The notes: generated from the letters alone by a model not told the origin. Numbered from the stretch's first letter, positions 1-8,683 are shown. The stretch: 12,229 nt of DNA from an uncultured Pseudomonadota bacterium (GCA_964454175.1 CAYVSA010000018.1:1-12229), one strand, 5' to 3'. Numbers and translations: made by a program.

Positions 1-28
1 TCGCAAAGAGCGTCACCGTGGAGTAAAC

Positions 29-1801
29 ATGACCATCCTGAAACCCGAGACGAAAAAGAACATAAAAGACCGGTACAAGACCGCATTCACCGCAGAAGGC
101 TCCCTGCTCATGGTCCTGGCCATATTTGTAGGTCTCCTCAGCGGACTCGGGGCCGTGGGCTTTATAGCAATGATCCGCCTGCTAAAGGGCGGTTTCTGGT
201 GGAACTGGGGTGACTACACCGGATACGTTGCGGGGGATATTACGAGTCTCCTCATACCCCTCTTGCCAGCGCTGGGCGGACTCATGCTGGGACCCATTTC
301 CACCATCTTTCCCAAGGAAGCAAAGGGTCACGGCGTTCCAGAGGTCATGGAATCCGTTGTACTCAAGGGCGGCATTCTCAAGTTGCGGACGGTATTTATC
401 CGAGCCGCCGCCTCGGCTATTTGCATCGGCTCCGGAGGGTCGGCTGGTCGGGAGGGCCCTATTGCGCAGATCGGAAGCGCAATAGGCTCCTATGCCGGGC
501 AGATATTCAAGATGTCCTCGGCCAACGTGAGGACACTTCTGGGCTGCGGAGCTGCCGGTGGGATCGCCGCAACTTTCAATGCTCCCATAGCAGGGTCACT
601 TTTCGCCCTCGAGATCATTCTCGGCGACTGGAATATGGCCACTTTCAGCCCAGTCATCATGTCTTCAGTCATTGCAACGACCACAGCGCGGTATTTTCAC
701 GGCAATGAACCCGCTTTTTCCGTTCCCCTCTACCAGCTGGTGAACCCGGTGGAGATCGTTTTCTATATAATTCTGGGGCTTCTGGCAGGTCTGGCGGCCC
801 TCCTGTTTATTCAAGTGCTTGATTTCTTCGAGGGGTACTTCGAGGAAAAGGTGAATATTCACCCGTGGCTGAAACCGGCCCTCGGCGGGCTCATCCTGGG
901 TTCCATCGGCCTGGCCTTTCCCCAGATCTTTGGCAACGGCTACGGATCCATGGGCGATGCACTAATGGGCAGAATGGCCTTCCATCTCATGCTGATACTC
1001 ATGTTCCTGAAGATACTGGCTACATCGCTTACACTGGGCTCCGGAGGTTCCGGGGGAGTTTTCGCCCCGTCCCTGTATATAGGCGCCATGCTGGGAGGTA
1101 CCTTCGGTTCCATTGTGCACTACCTGTTTCCCACGCTGACAGCCACCAAAGGGGCCTATGCCCTCGTGGGTATGGGGGCTACGGTGGCGGCAGCAGCTCA
1201 TGCTCCCCTGACCAACATCCTGATCCTCTTCGAATTGACGGGTGATTACCATATTATTCTTCCCATTATGGTTTCGTGCATAATAAGCCATCTGGTCATC
1301 CGTGGGCTTTCTCCGGACTCCATATATTCCATCAGGCTGCATAAACGTGGAATTACCATCGAAGCCGGGCTTGAGGTAAATGTTCTAAAATCACTCAAGG
1401 TGCGCGATGCCATGACCGCGGATGTGGAAGTGATAAAGGAAAATGTGCCCTTCAGTGAGATCACGAGGCAGTTCACCCAGAGTAAATATTCCAATTTCCC
1501 CGTAGTCAACAGGGAAGAAGAGCTTACCGGCATCTTGTCCTTTCAGGATGTCCGGCAGCACATTTTTGAAGCGGAGCTTGAAAACCTCGTTGTAGCAAAA
1601 GACATTGCTACTACCCGTGTCACTACGGTCACTCCTTCCGATAATCTTAAAGACGCTTTAAACAAGTTGGCCTACCGCAGTGTCGAACAGCTCCCCGTGG
1701 TAGACGTGCGAAACCCCCTGAAGCTGGTGGGCATCCTCACCCGGCGCGACATAATCACAGCTTACAACAAGGCCATCTTCAAATATGAAACAAACCTCTG
1801 A
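29..1801 (+). CDS. ClC-family chloride channel/anion-proton antiporter (EriC-like) with C-terminal CBS pair
   Basis: 590 aa with many hydrophobic helices. CLC signatures GHGVPE (GSGIP position), GREGP, GGVFAP and SIY are present. Two CBS repeats follow (VRDAMT...FPVVN...GILS and LPVVD...GILTRRDI). GGAG lies just upstream of the ATG. Confidence 0.95.
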   Translation: MTILKPETKKNIKDRYKTAFTAEGSLLMVLAIFVGLLSGLGAVGFIAMIRLLKGGFWWNWGDYTGYVAGDITSLLIPLLPALGGLMLGPISTIFPKEAKGHGVPEVMESVVLKGGILKLRTVFIRAAASAICIGSGGSAGREGPIAQIGSAIGSYAGQIFKMSSANVRTLLGCGAAGGIAATFNAPIAGSLFALEIILGDWNMATFSPVIMSSVIATTTARYFHGNEPAFSVPLYQLVNPVEIVFYIILGLLAGLAALLFIQVLDFFEGYFEEKVNIHPWLKPALGGLILGSIGLAFPQIFGNGYGSMGDALMGRMAFHLMLILMFLKILATSLTLGSGGSGGVFAPSLYIGAMLGGTFGSIVHYLFPTLTATKGAYALVGMGATVAAAAHAPLTNILILFELTGDYHIILPIMVSCIISHLVIRGLSPDSIYSIRLHKRGITIEAGLEVNVLKSLKVRDAMTADVEVIKENVPFSEITRQFTQSKYSNFPVVNREEELTGILSFQDVRQHIFEAELENLVVAKDIATTRVTTVTPSDNLKDALNKLAYRSVEQLPVVDVRNPLKLVGILTRRDIITAYNKAIFKYETNL

Positions 1802-4037
1802 CAAGGTCCCCTTCGCCTCAGACCTGAATCCCAGCCAGGCAGAAGCAGTAACCACTGTCGACGGCCCCCTGCTCATCCTCGCTGGCGCCGGCAGCGGCAA
1901 GACGAGGGTGATAACGTACCGCATTGCATACCTCCTGGAAAAGATGGGTGTACCGCCCTACGCCATACTGGCAGTCACGTTTACAAACAAAGCCGCTGGA
2001 GAAATGAGGGACAGGGTGATCGGCCTCGCGGGCAAGCCCGGCCGGACAGTGTGGATCTCCACCTTCCATTCGGCGTGCGTCAGGATCCTTCGCCAGCACG
2101 CGGAAAAGCTGGGGTTACACCGTCACTTCACCATAGCGGACAACAACGATTCTCTGAAGCTCATCAAGAGCATTACCAGGGAAATGAACATCGACGAAAG
2201 ATCACTTGCATCGAGAAAGGCCGCATACATGATAAGCAGGGCAAAGAACGCCCTGTCGGGGCCGGATGAGATGCAGGGTATGTCCGAATTTTCCCGAAAC
2301 CCCATGATGGAAAAGGTCATACAGCTTTACCGGACTTATGACCAGAGGCTCCATGCCTCCCACGCCCTGGATTTCGACGACCTGCTGCTCTACACCTTCC
2401 GACTCCTGGAAGAACACCCGGAGGTGAGGCAGTATTACGAGGACCTGCTGCAGTACATCCTTGTGGACGAATACCAGGACACTAATCATGCCCAGTACCA
2501 GATAGTCCGCCAGCTCTCTGCCAAAAGACGCAACCTGTGCGTCGTCGGCGACGACGACCAGAGCATTTACATGTGGAGGGGAGCGGACATATCAAACATC
2601 CTCTCCTTTGAAAGCGACTTTCCCGAAGCCCGGGTGGTTACCCTGTCGGAGAACTACAGGTCAACAGGGCACATACTCAGGGCTGCCTCCTGCCTTATCA
2701 GCAAGAACATTGGCAGGAAGGAAAAGGATCTTGTTGCAGTACGCCCGGAAGGACTGAAGGTGAAGGCCTTCGCGGCTATAGACGAGAGGGACGAGGCGGA
2801 CTTTATTCGAGGACACATCCAGAAGATCGCCCGTAATGAGGGATATGCTTTCAGGGATTTTGCGGTGTTCTACCGGATCAACGCCCAATCCCGTTCCATC
2901 GAGGACTCCCTGTTAAAGGCAAACATCCCTTACGAGATCGTGGGCGGCGTGAAATTCTACGACCGGAGGGAGATCAAAGACCTGATGTCCTACCTGAGAC
3001 TCCTGATAAACCCAGCGGACTGGACCAGCTTTGAACGCATTATCAACTCACCTGCAAGGGGTATAGGCAAAGTCACACTGGAGCGTATAAGGGAGGCTCC
3101 CTCACCTGACGGGTTCCCCGAGGGTTCGGTCAGGACTGCCCTGGATTCAGGGGCCGTCTCGGGCAAGGCCGCCGGTGCGCTGAGATCCTTTCTGGAGGTT
3201 ATTGGCTCCCTGAGGAAGCGGATCGGGAAAGAGTCCCTGAACGACCTGGTAGTGGGCACGCTCGAGGAGACAGGATACTACCCTGCCCTGCTGACGCAGG
3301 ACACGGACGAGGCCAGGGGCAGGATAGAGAACCTCCAGGAGTTTCTTTCTGTTGTGGAAGACTTCATGGAGAGTGGTCTTCCGGACCCGGATCAAACAGG
3401 TGAGGACACGCTCTCGGCCTTTCTGGACCAGATCTCCCTTGTTTCCGATGTGGACACATGGGACAGTGCCGGCTCAGCAGTCACGCTGATGACACTTCAC
3501 ATGGCAAAGGGCCTCGAGTTCCCGGTAGTATTCCTTGCCGGCATGGAGGAGGACCTTCTTCCCCACTATCGCTCCCAGGGGGAGCCTGCTGAACTGGAAG
3601 AGGAGCGGCGGCTTTGCTATGTCGGCATGACTCGTGCCAAAGAGCAGCTTTATCTTTCAGCTGCCCGCAGGCGGAGGCTTTTCGGCCGCTACGACAACAG
3701 CGATCCATCGCGCTTCTTCATGGAGCTTCCGCAGGAGAACGTCAGCGTTCACGAAAACTCCGCTTTTCCCCTGCCGGGTCTGTCCCCAGCCAGAACCGTC
3801 GGCCAGATACAGGCAGCCGGCACAGTACCCATAAGCCAGTTTCACTTTGAACCGGACCCCGAAGAACAGGGGCCGGTCCTGACCCCGGGGTCCAGGGTCA
3901 TTCATCCCATGTTCGGCATGGGCCAGATCATTGCCACGGAGGGAAAGGGAGGCGACGCCAGGATAACGGTCTACTTCCCCAAGGGCGGCAAAAAACGCCT
4001 CGTTGCCAGGTACGCCAACCTGCAGGTGCTTGAATGA
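1785..4037 (+). CDS. pcrA: ATP-dependent DNA helicase PcrA/UvrD (superfamily 1A)
   Basis: Motifs LAGAGSGKT, VTFTNKAA, LVDEYQDTN, VGDDDQSIY, ENYRST, MTLHMAKGLEF and EERRLCYVGMTRA. C-terminal Tudor-like domain (VIHPMFGMG...KRLVARYANL). Overlaps the ClC stop by 17 nt. Confidence 0.96.
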   Translation: MKQTSDKVPFASDLNPSQAEAVTTVDGPLLILAGAGSGKTRVITYRIAYLLEKMGVPPYAILAVTFTNKAAGEMRDRVIGLAGKPGRTVWISTFHSACVRILRQHAEKLGLHRHFTIADNNDSLKLIKSITREMNIDERSLASRKAAYMISRAKNALSGPDEMQGMSEFSRNPMMEKVIQLYRTYDQRLHASHALDFDDLLLYTFRLLEEHPEVRQYYEDLLQYILVDEYQDTNHAQYQIVRQLSAKRRNLCVVGDDDQSIYMWRGADISNILSFESDFPEARVVTLSENYRSTGHILRAASCLISKNIGRKEKDLVAVRPEGLKVKAFAAIDERDEADFIRGHIQKIARNEGYAFRDFAVFYRINAQSRSIEDSLLKANIPYEIVGGVKFYDRREIKDLMSYLRLLINPADWTSFERIINSPARGIGKVTLERIREAPSPDGFPEGSVRTALDSGAVSGKAAGALRSFLEVIGSLRKRIGKESLNDLVVGTLEETGYYPALLTQDTDEARGRIENLQEFLSVVEDFMESGLPDPDQTGEDTLSAFLDQISLVSDVDTWDSAGSAVTLMTLHMAKGLEFPVVFLAGMEEDLLPHYRSQGEPAELEEERRLCYVGMTRAKEQLYLSAARRRRLFGRYDNSDPSRFFMELPQENVSVHENSAFPLPGLSPARTVGQIQAAGTVPISQFHFEPDPEEQGPVLTPGSRVIHPMFGMGQIIATEGKGGDARITVYFPKGGKKRLVARYANLQVLE

Positions 4038-4636
4038 AAAAACACCGCATCGCGTGCATGACTATCCTGACCCTGTTCGTGATCTCCCTTTCCGTCAGCG
4101 TATCCCTGGGCGAAGAGAAGCCAGGTGATTTCCTTTTGAGGGATTTCCGGAGCGGTCAAAAACTGTCCTTCAAGGACATCCTGACCAGAAAACTTAATAT
4201 TCTCGTTGTAACCGAGACTACATGCTACTCCTGCATCAAGGAGCTCCAGTTTCTGGAGACACTTCGGGATAAGTACTCCAGCAAGGTTTCCTTCACCGTA
4301 GCTTTCACCGACAAGCGCGGCTGGTCCCGGGTGAAAAATTATCTGGATTTCTACAGGTTCGAACTGGACAGATTTCTCATCGACGAGACCCGGACGATCC
4401 CCCGCATTTTCGATGCACCGACAGTGCCTACCATGATCTTTTTGAACAGGAAGGGTGCAGAGGTCCACAGGCGGACCGGGTTCAGCGAAAAGGACAACGA
4501 TCTGATCGTGAGCGAGATCAGTAATGCCCTGAAGGGAAGGCCAGTAACAGCAGGTACCGAACCCGATGAACTCCGTAGTGCTCCCGAAAAGACCCCGGCG
4601 CCCAGGACCCGCGGCTGCGCCTCACTCCCCTCCTGA
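4034..4636 (+). CDS. Exported thioredoxin-fold (TlpA/ResA/redoxin-like) protein
   Basis: N-terminal signal or anchor (MKKHR plus hydrophobic stretch), PGDFLLRD, CxxC motif (CYSC) followed by KEL, cis-Pro motif VPTMIFLNRKG. ATGA overlap with the pcrA stop. Confidence 0.85.
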   Translation: MKKHRIACMTILTLFVISLSVSVSLGEEKPGDFLLRDFRSGQKLSFKDILTRKLNILVVTETTCYSCIKELQFLETLRDKYSSKVSFTVAFTDKRGWSRVKNYLDFYRFELDRFLIDETRTIPRIFDAPTVPTMIFLNRKGAEVHRRTGFSEKDNDLIVSEISNALKGRPVTAGTEPDELRSAPEKTPAPRTRGCASLPS

Positions 4637-4639
4637 CAG

Positions 4640-4670
4640 GCGCTCCCCACGGCTGCCTCGGCAGCAGCGC
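4640..4670. other. GC-rich hairpin between convergent genes (possible terminator or processing site)
   Basis: GCTGC-CTCG-GCAGC at 4652-4665, extended by GCGCT(4640-4644)/AGCGC(4666-4670). No U-tract on either strand. Confidence 0.35.
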
Positions 4671-4694
4671 AGACCACCCCGGGCCAGACCGGGC

Positions 4695-6092
4695 CTAGGG
4701 GTTGTAAACCTCCATCGTGAGGTCACCTGAAGAGCCTCCCATGACCAGGACCCTCCCGTCGGGGAGCAGCGTTGCCGTGTGATCGTACCTGGGCACCCTC
4801 ATGTGCCAGGGCACGGGTACCGAGACCCCCGTGTCCGGGTCCAGGATCTCTGAGGTGACCATAACAGGCAAACTGCCACCGCCTCCGACCAGCAGGACCC
4901 TGCCGTCGGCGAGCACCGTTGCCGTGTGGTCCACCCGCGCTTCAAGGAGGGCATCTGGATATGTTGCCACCGTGTAGTTGACCAGGTCCAGTATGTCCAC
5001 GTCCCTGCTGATACCTGAACTGCCGATCCCCCCCGAAACAAGGAGCTTCCCCCCGGGGAGGACAGCGGTTGCAAAATTCGACCTGGCCGAAGACAGGGTG
5101 AGCTTTGCTGCTTGGGTCTCCAGAGTAAGGTCGTAGATGTCGACTGTACCAGTGTAAGCGCCTCCATTTTTACCACCTAAACAAGCCATTTTGTCTAATA
5201 ATGTTAGACACTCTGCACTAGTTATTTCGGTAAAGAGTCCCATGGTTGTTAAAAGCATTTCAGCCTTTGATAGCATGTTTATTTTCAGAGTGTTAAATAG
5301 CCAAAATGGATTTTCATCATAGCCACCAATTAAATATACTGTTGATCCGTACCTACTCGGGAAAAAGCTGCTTCTGATATTTACAATAGACTCGCTCACA
5401 TTATTTAAGTTCGCAAGATCCACAACCTCGTACACCCTGTCCGGTCCGCCGCCGAGAAAGACCAGGATCTCGTCCCCAGCCGGATTGAGAAAGGCCTTCT
5501 GCCCCGACCTGGGATAGGCCAGGCTGTCGGCAAAAGCCGATACCGTGAACCCGCTGCCTGAAAAACCTACGCTCTCCATTTCCCCGGTAGTCAGGTTTCC
5601 CCCGAGGACCAGGATGCCGCTGCTGTAGGCAACCGCCGAGTGCTGCTGCCGCGAATTCATGAGAGAACCAGCGTAGGAGAATCCTCCCGCCTCCTCCAGG
5701 TCGATCGTCAGGTCAAGGGCCTTATCCCCGGGAAGGGCGACGCCAGTAATATCCTTTTCCATGACAACCTGTCCCTGTGTGATCGCCTGGACGGTTATGC
5801 TGTAGCCGCCGCCCGGGACCAGGCCGGGGAAAGAGGCTTTCCTGTCATCATAGGGAACCTCGACTACCTCGCTGCCGCCTCCGCCGTTTACAGCGACCCT
5901 GATGGAGCCGATGTACGGGGTCCCGACCGGGGCCGAGAGGGCCCCCATATCAAGCCTGTCCACCCACCCTGCAGGAAGGTTCACCGAAAGCCGTGCGACA
6001 CCTTCGGTTCCCGCCCCGCCGCACGCCGTGAGGAAAAGAAGAACAGCTGCCGCAGCGGTCAGTCTGCAAACTGATCCAGCGGCCGGCATCAC
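4695..6092 (-). CDS. Kelch-repeat beta-propeller lipoprotein with an N-terminal beta-rich domain
   Basis: Lipobox LTA-C after a hydrophobic stretch. Repeated Kelch motifs (R..H.A..L.DGRVL..GG; ILVLGG, VYLIGG, LLVSGG). Start is GTG 6092 or ATG 6089, both overlapping the upstream TGA at 6089-6091. Confidence 0.88.
   Translation of the reverse strand: MMPAAGSVCRLTAAAAVLLFLTACGGAGTEGVARLSVNLPAGWVDRLDMGALSAPVGTPYIGSIRVAVNGGGGSEVVEVPYDDRKASFPGLVPGGGYSITVQAITQGQVVMEKDITGVALPGDKALDLTIDLEEAGGFSYAGSLMNSRQQHSAVAYSSGILVLGGNLTTGEMESVGFSGSGFTVSAFADSLAYPRSGQKAFLNPAGDEILVFLGGGPDRVYEVVDLANLNNVSESIVNIRSSFFPSRYGSTVYLIGGYDENPFWLFNTLKINMLSKAEMLLTTMGLFTEITSAECLTLLDKMACLGGKNGGAYTGTVDIYDLTLETQAAKLTLSSARSNFATAVLPGGKLLVSGGIGSSGISRDVDILDLVNYTVATYPDALLEARVDHTATVLADGRVLLVGGGGSLPVMVTSEILDPDTGVSVPVPWHMRVPRYDHTATLLPDGRVLVMGGSSGDLTMEVYNP
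4746..4928. repeat. Intragenic direct repeat (two Kelch blades, 33/36 nt identical)
   Basis: caggaccctcccgtcggggagcagcgttgccgtgtg (4746-4781) vs caggaccctgccgtcggcgagcaccgttgccgtgtg (4893-4928), offset 147 nt = 49 codons. Confidence 0.9.
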
Positions 6093-7354
6093 CACGAAAC
6101 CTCCACACCGGAGCCGCTGCCGCCCTTCCCCGCCCCTGCCGCCAGGGAGATCAGGAGCACGCCGCCGAGGACAGCATACCAGGCTGTGTGCTTCCCGGCT
6201 TCTTCCTCCTGTTCCGCCGCCTCGCTGAGGGGCGGCATGTTCAGGTAAAGGTCTTCAGCCCGGGCGGGGCCTCGTTCGACCCTCAGGGGGTCCAGGATAG
6301 AAAGGACATTCCTGTAATTCCCGCGATCCTGGCCCGCCAGCCGCAGAGCCCTGCTGTCATCAATTTCACCATCGGACCCCACGAGCCAGGCCCTCGTGGT
6401 ACCGCCGTCTTGTTCCAGAAAGAGCAGGTGACCCACCTCCAGCCTGCTCGCAAGTGCTGCAAGGTGTATTACCGCTCCTTCCTTCAGGCGTTTTGAAAAG
6501 AAAAGCTCCGGCCTTTCAGCAGGGCCAAGGGGGTCCATGGTCAGCTGCAGGGAGGAATTTTTCCAGGGCCTGAGCACAACTCTCTTTCCAACATCCGCGT
6601 AGCCGTCAGTTTTAACCTGGATAAAATGGTCCCCCGGCGTCAGATCAGCCCCTGAAAGGGGCGTTGTCCCCATGCGGACACCGTCTACCAGAACACGGGC
6701 ACCCGTCGGTCTGCTGTCCAGTGTCAGTGTGGAGCGCGGACCTTTATTAACTTCAACTGCTGCTTTGTCGAAAGCACCGACGACTTCAGGGGAGTATTTA
6801 TCCTCTGGCAGAACCGTACCCGGCTTTAGCCTGGCTGCGGGTACGAAAAGCCTCCAGGCTGGACGACCTTTAACCGCCCCGGCGGCCATTGCCCCGAGGA
6901 GGCGGAGCTCGAAAAGATACCCGGACTGGGAACCGGTATCGTGAAGATTTTCCAGGAGCCCGTCGGCCTCGTCAAGAGAGCCCTGCATCAATCTGAACTC
7001 GAATCGGTAATACTGCTCCCAGGCTCTGGCAATTGCGCTTTCAACCCTGCCGCGGTATGCGAGGGATACTGCTTTTCCCGCAGCCACCGCATCCAGGTTG
7101 TCACGAACCCAGTCCCGGAGCCTTTCCCTGACCTGGCCCTTATCCCTTACGAGCAGGTCCGGATCCTGCCTTATCTGCTGCAGGAGGTCCGCTAAAGGGA
7201 CTTCCCGGCCACCGCTACGCTGATCGCCGACTGTGATGACTGCAAGAGCACCGTCACCCGCCCACACGGGCACCGGCACGATATAGATCAGTGCGTAAAG
7301 AGGGATCAATAGTGCTGCAACAGCCCTAGTGGACAGTTGGGTTCTTCTTCTCAC
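6089..7354 (-). CDS. PEGA-domain exported protein with C-terminal hydrophobic anchor
   Basis: PEGA motif LTLDSRPTGARVLVDGVRMGTTPL...LTPGDHFIQVKTDGY. Signal peptide ends ...PVWA. C-terminal WYAVLGGVLLISLAAGAG plus a Gly/Ser tail. I prefer GTG 7354 (AGGAG 9 nt upstream) over the ORF-track ATG at 7405. Confidence 0.82.
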   Translation of the reverse strand: MRRRTQLSTRAVAALLIPLYALIYIVPVPVWAGDGALAVITVGDQRSGGREVPLADLLQQIRQDPDLLVRDKGQVRERLRDWVRDNLDAVAAGKAVSLAYRGRVESAIARAWEQYYRFEFRLMQGSLDEADGLLENLHDTGSQSGYLFELRLLGAMAAGAVKGRPAWRLFVPAARLKPGTVLPEDKYSPEVVGAFDKAAVEVNKGPRSTLTLDSRPTGARVLVDGVRMGTTPLSGADLTPGDHFIQVKTDGYADVGKRVVLRPWKNSSLQLTMDPLGPAERPELFFSKRLKEGAVIHLAALASRLEVGHLLFLEQDGGTTRAWLVGSDGEIDDSRALRLAGQDRGNYRNVLSILDPLRVERGPARAEDLYLNMPPLSEAAEQEEEAGKHTAWYAVLGGVLLISLAAGAGKGGSGSGVEVSW

Positions 7355-8321
7355 CTGTACCGTCTCCTGTGCGAACACCCCTGCTGTCTTCGATATCCTC
7401 TTCATCCCACTCTCTGAGCCTCCTCATATCGAGGATCTTTCGACGGGAGTAGGTAACAAGGAACAGCAGAGTTATGGCCCCCCATAAAGTTGCCGAGCTC
7501 GTAATAACGGGTATCCATGTCGCCTTGACCTTCACGTAGTCCTGGAAACCGGCCATCAATTCTTCCAGCGAAATTCCAAAGGCCGAAAAGACAGCCTTTT
7601 CCATGTCGGGCTCGGCTGTTACTGCTGCCACCAGTCTTCCAACACCGCCGCTTCCGAAGCTCCGCATCACGTACTGCACAAAAAGATAGCTCTGCGCGTA
7701 GGCTGCTTCGGCCAGGGATGGATTTTCCGGGAACCTTACGGTGAGCTTGTCAAAGGGCACAGCCCTGCCAGTGAGCCTGGCCCAGGACAGGTGCATGAGC
7801 CTGACAAGCCCCATCTCCCCGGAAATGTAGGTGGCAACCCCTTCGCTGAGCCACCGCGGGACCTTCCCACCCTGTCCGTATTCAGCCTGCCCCATGATCA
7901 GATGGACCATTTCGTGGTGGAGGAGGGACCAGTATCCCCGCCCCGAATCCCCCAGGGCTCCGGGAGTCATGAGGAGGACCACACCAAGCTCGGGATAGGT
8001 CAGGGCCCCCGCCCATTCAGGCCCTGGTGTACTGGTCGGCTGCAGGCTTTTAAACTCCTCGCGGCTTTGGGCCAATATTATGACGTACGGGCCTTCGGCG
8101 GGAAGCTGCAATACCCTGGAAATATCCTGAAGGTACGTACTGGCCCGTTCCATGATCTGGAGGGCAAGATTCTCAGCATCCTGGTGATACCTGACCGTCA
8201 GCGGAGGGTCTTTGAACATCTGCCAGTGTGTGGCGTAGGCCCTGCCCGGAAAGCTGGCAAGCAGGACCGCCGTTAGCGCCAGCACTTGAATCACAGGCCA
8301 TCGGCCGAAGAGGCGACTCAA
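7326..8321 (-). CDS. Membrane-anchored MA-clan (gluzincin, Peptidase_MA-like) zinc metallopeptidase
   Basis: HExxH (LHHEMVH) with a downstream third-ligand motif PRWLSEGVA, then AYAQSYLFVQY. N-terminal signal peptide (…GRAYA). C-terminal TM (WGAITLLFLVTY-SRRK) and a charged tail. TTG start overlaps the yggU TGA. Confidence 0.88.
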   Translation of the reverse strand: MSRLFGRWPVIQVLALTAVLLASFPGRAYATHWQMFKDPPLTVRYHQDAENLALQIMERASTYLQDISRVLQLPAEGPYVIILAQSREEFKSLQPTSTPGPEWAGALTYPELGVVLLMTPGALGDSGRGYWSLLHHEMVHLIMGQAEYGQGGKVPRWLSEGVATYISGEMGLVRLMHLSWARLTGRAVPFDKLTVRFPENPSLAEAAYAQSYLFVQYVMRSFGSGGVGRLVAAVTAEPDMEKAVFSAFGISLEELMAGFQDYVKVKATWIPVITSSATLWGAITLLFLVTYSRRKILDMRRLREWDEEDIEDSRGVRTGDGTGEKKNPTVH

Positions 8322-8602
8322 CTGAAAGCCTTTCTGACAGCCTGTTCCGAGAGGCCATGGATCCTCACTTTTTTCCTGCGCGAGCTTTTACCTGCAAGGA
8401 TCTCGAGTCTGCCCCTTGCCACCCGGAGCTCACCAGCCATGAGTTTTATCAGTGCGGTGTTGGCTGCGCCCTCCACAGGCGGCGAGGTTAGCCTGACCTG
8501 CAGGATGCCGTCTTTAAAGCCCTCGATCCTGTTCCTTGAAGCGCGGGGCTTTACCTGGACTTCGATCGTCGCTGTGTCATCTTTTTTCATAAGCGTGCCC
8601 AT
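8318..8602 (-). CDS. yggU: DUF167/UPF0235 family protein
   Basis: VQVKPRASRNRI...VRLTSPPVEGAANTALIKLMA...GKSSRRK is typical of DUF167. Alternative ATG at 8590. Confidence 0.93.
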   Translation of the reverse strand: MGTLMKKDDTATIEVQVKPRASRNRIEGFKDGILQVRLTSPPVEGAANTALIKLMAGELRVARGRLEILAGKSSRRKKVRIHGLSEQAVRKAFS

Positions 8603-8632
8603 TCCAACCTTGAAGACGGATAAAGTCTTTTG

Positions 8633-8662
8633 AATCTATTTGGAGGGAGGGTTGTGAGTCAA
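8633..8662 (-). promoter_or_regulatory. Putative sigma70 promoter for yggU-peptidase-PEGA-Kelch
   Basis: Minus strand TTGACT (8662-8657), 18-nt spacer, TAGATT (8638-8633), about 30 nt upstream of the yggU ATG. Confidence 0.6.
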
Positions 8663-8683
8663 GGTAATAGTTGGTGAACCAAC

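Noticed and set aside
5161..5410. Diversity-generating retroelement variable region
   Set aside because: No template repeat or reverse transcriptase in the window, and the patch is mid-gene rather than a C-terminal lectin-type target.
7355..7405. Longer N-terminus of the PEGA protein from ATG 7405
   Set aside because: It would overlap the peptidase by 80 nt. GTG 7354 has a proper SD and gives a typical signal peptide.
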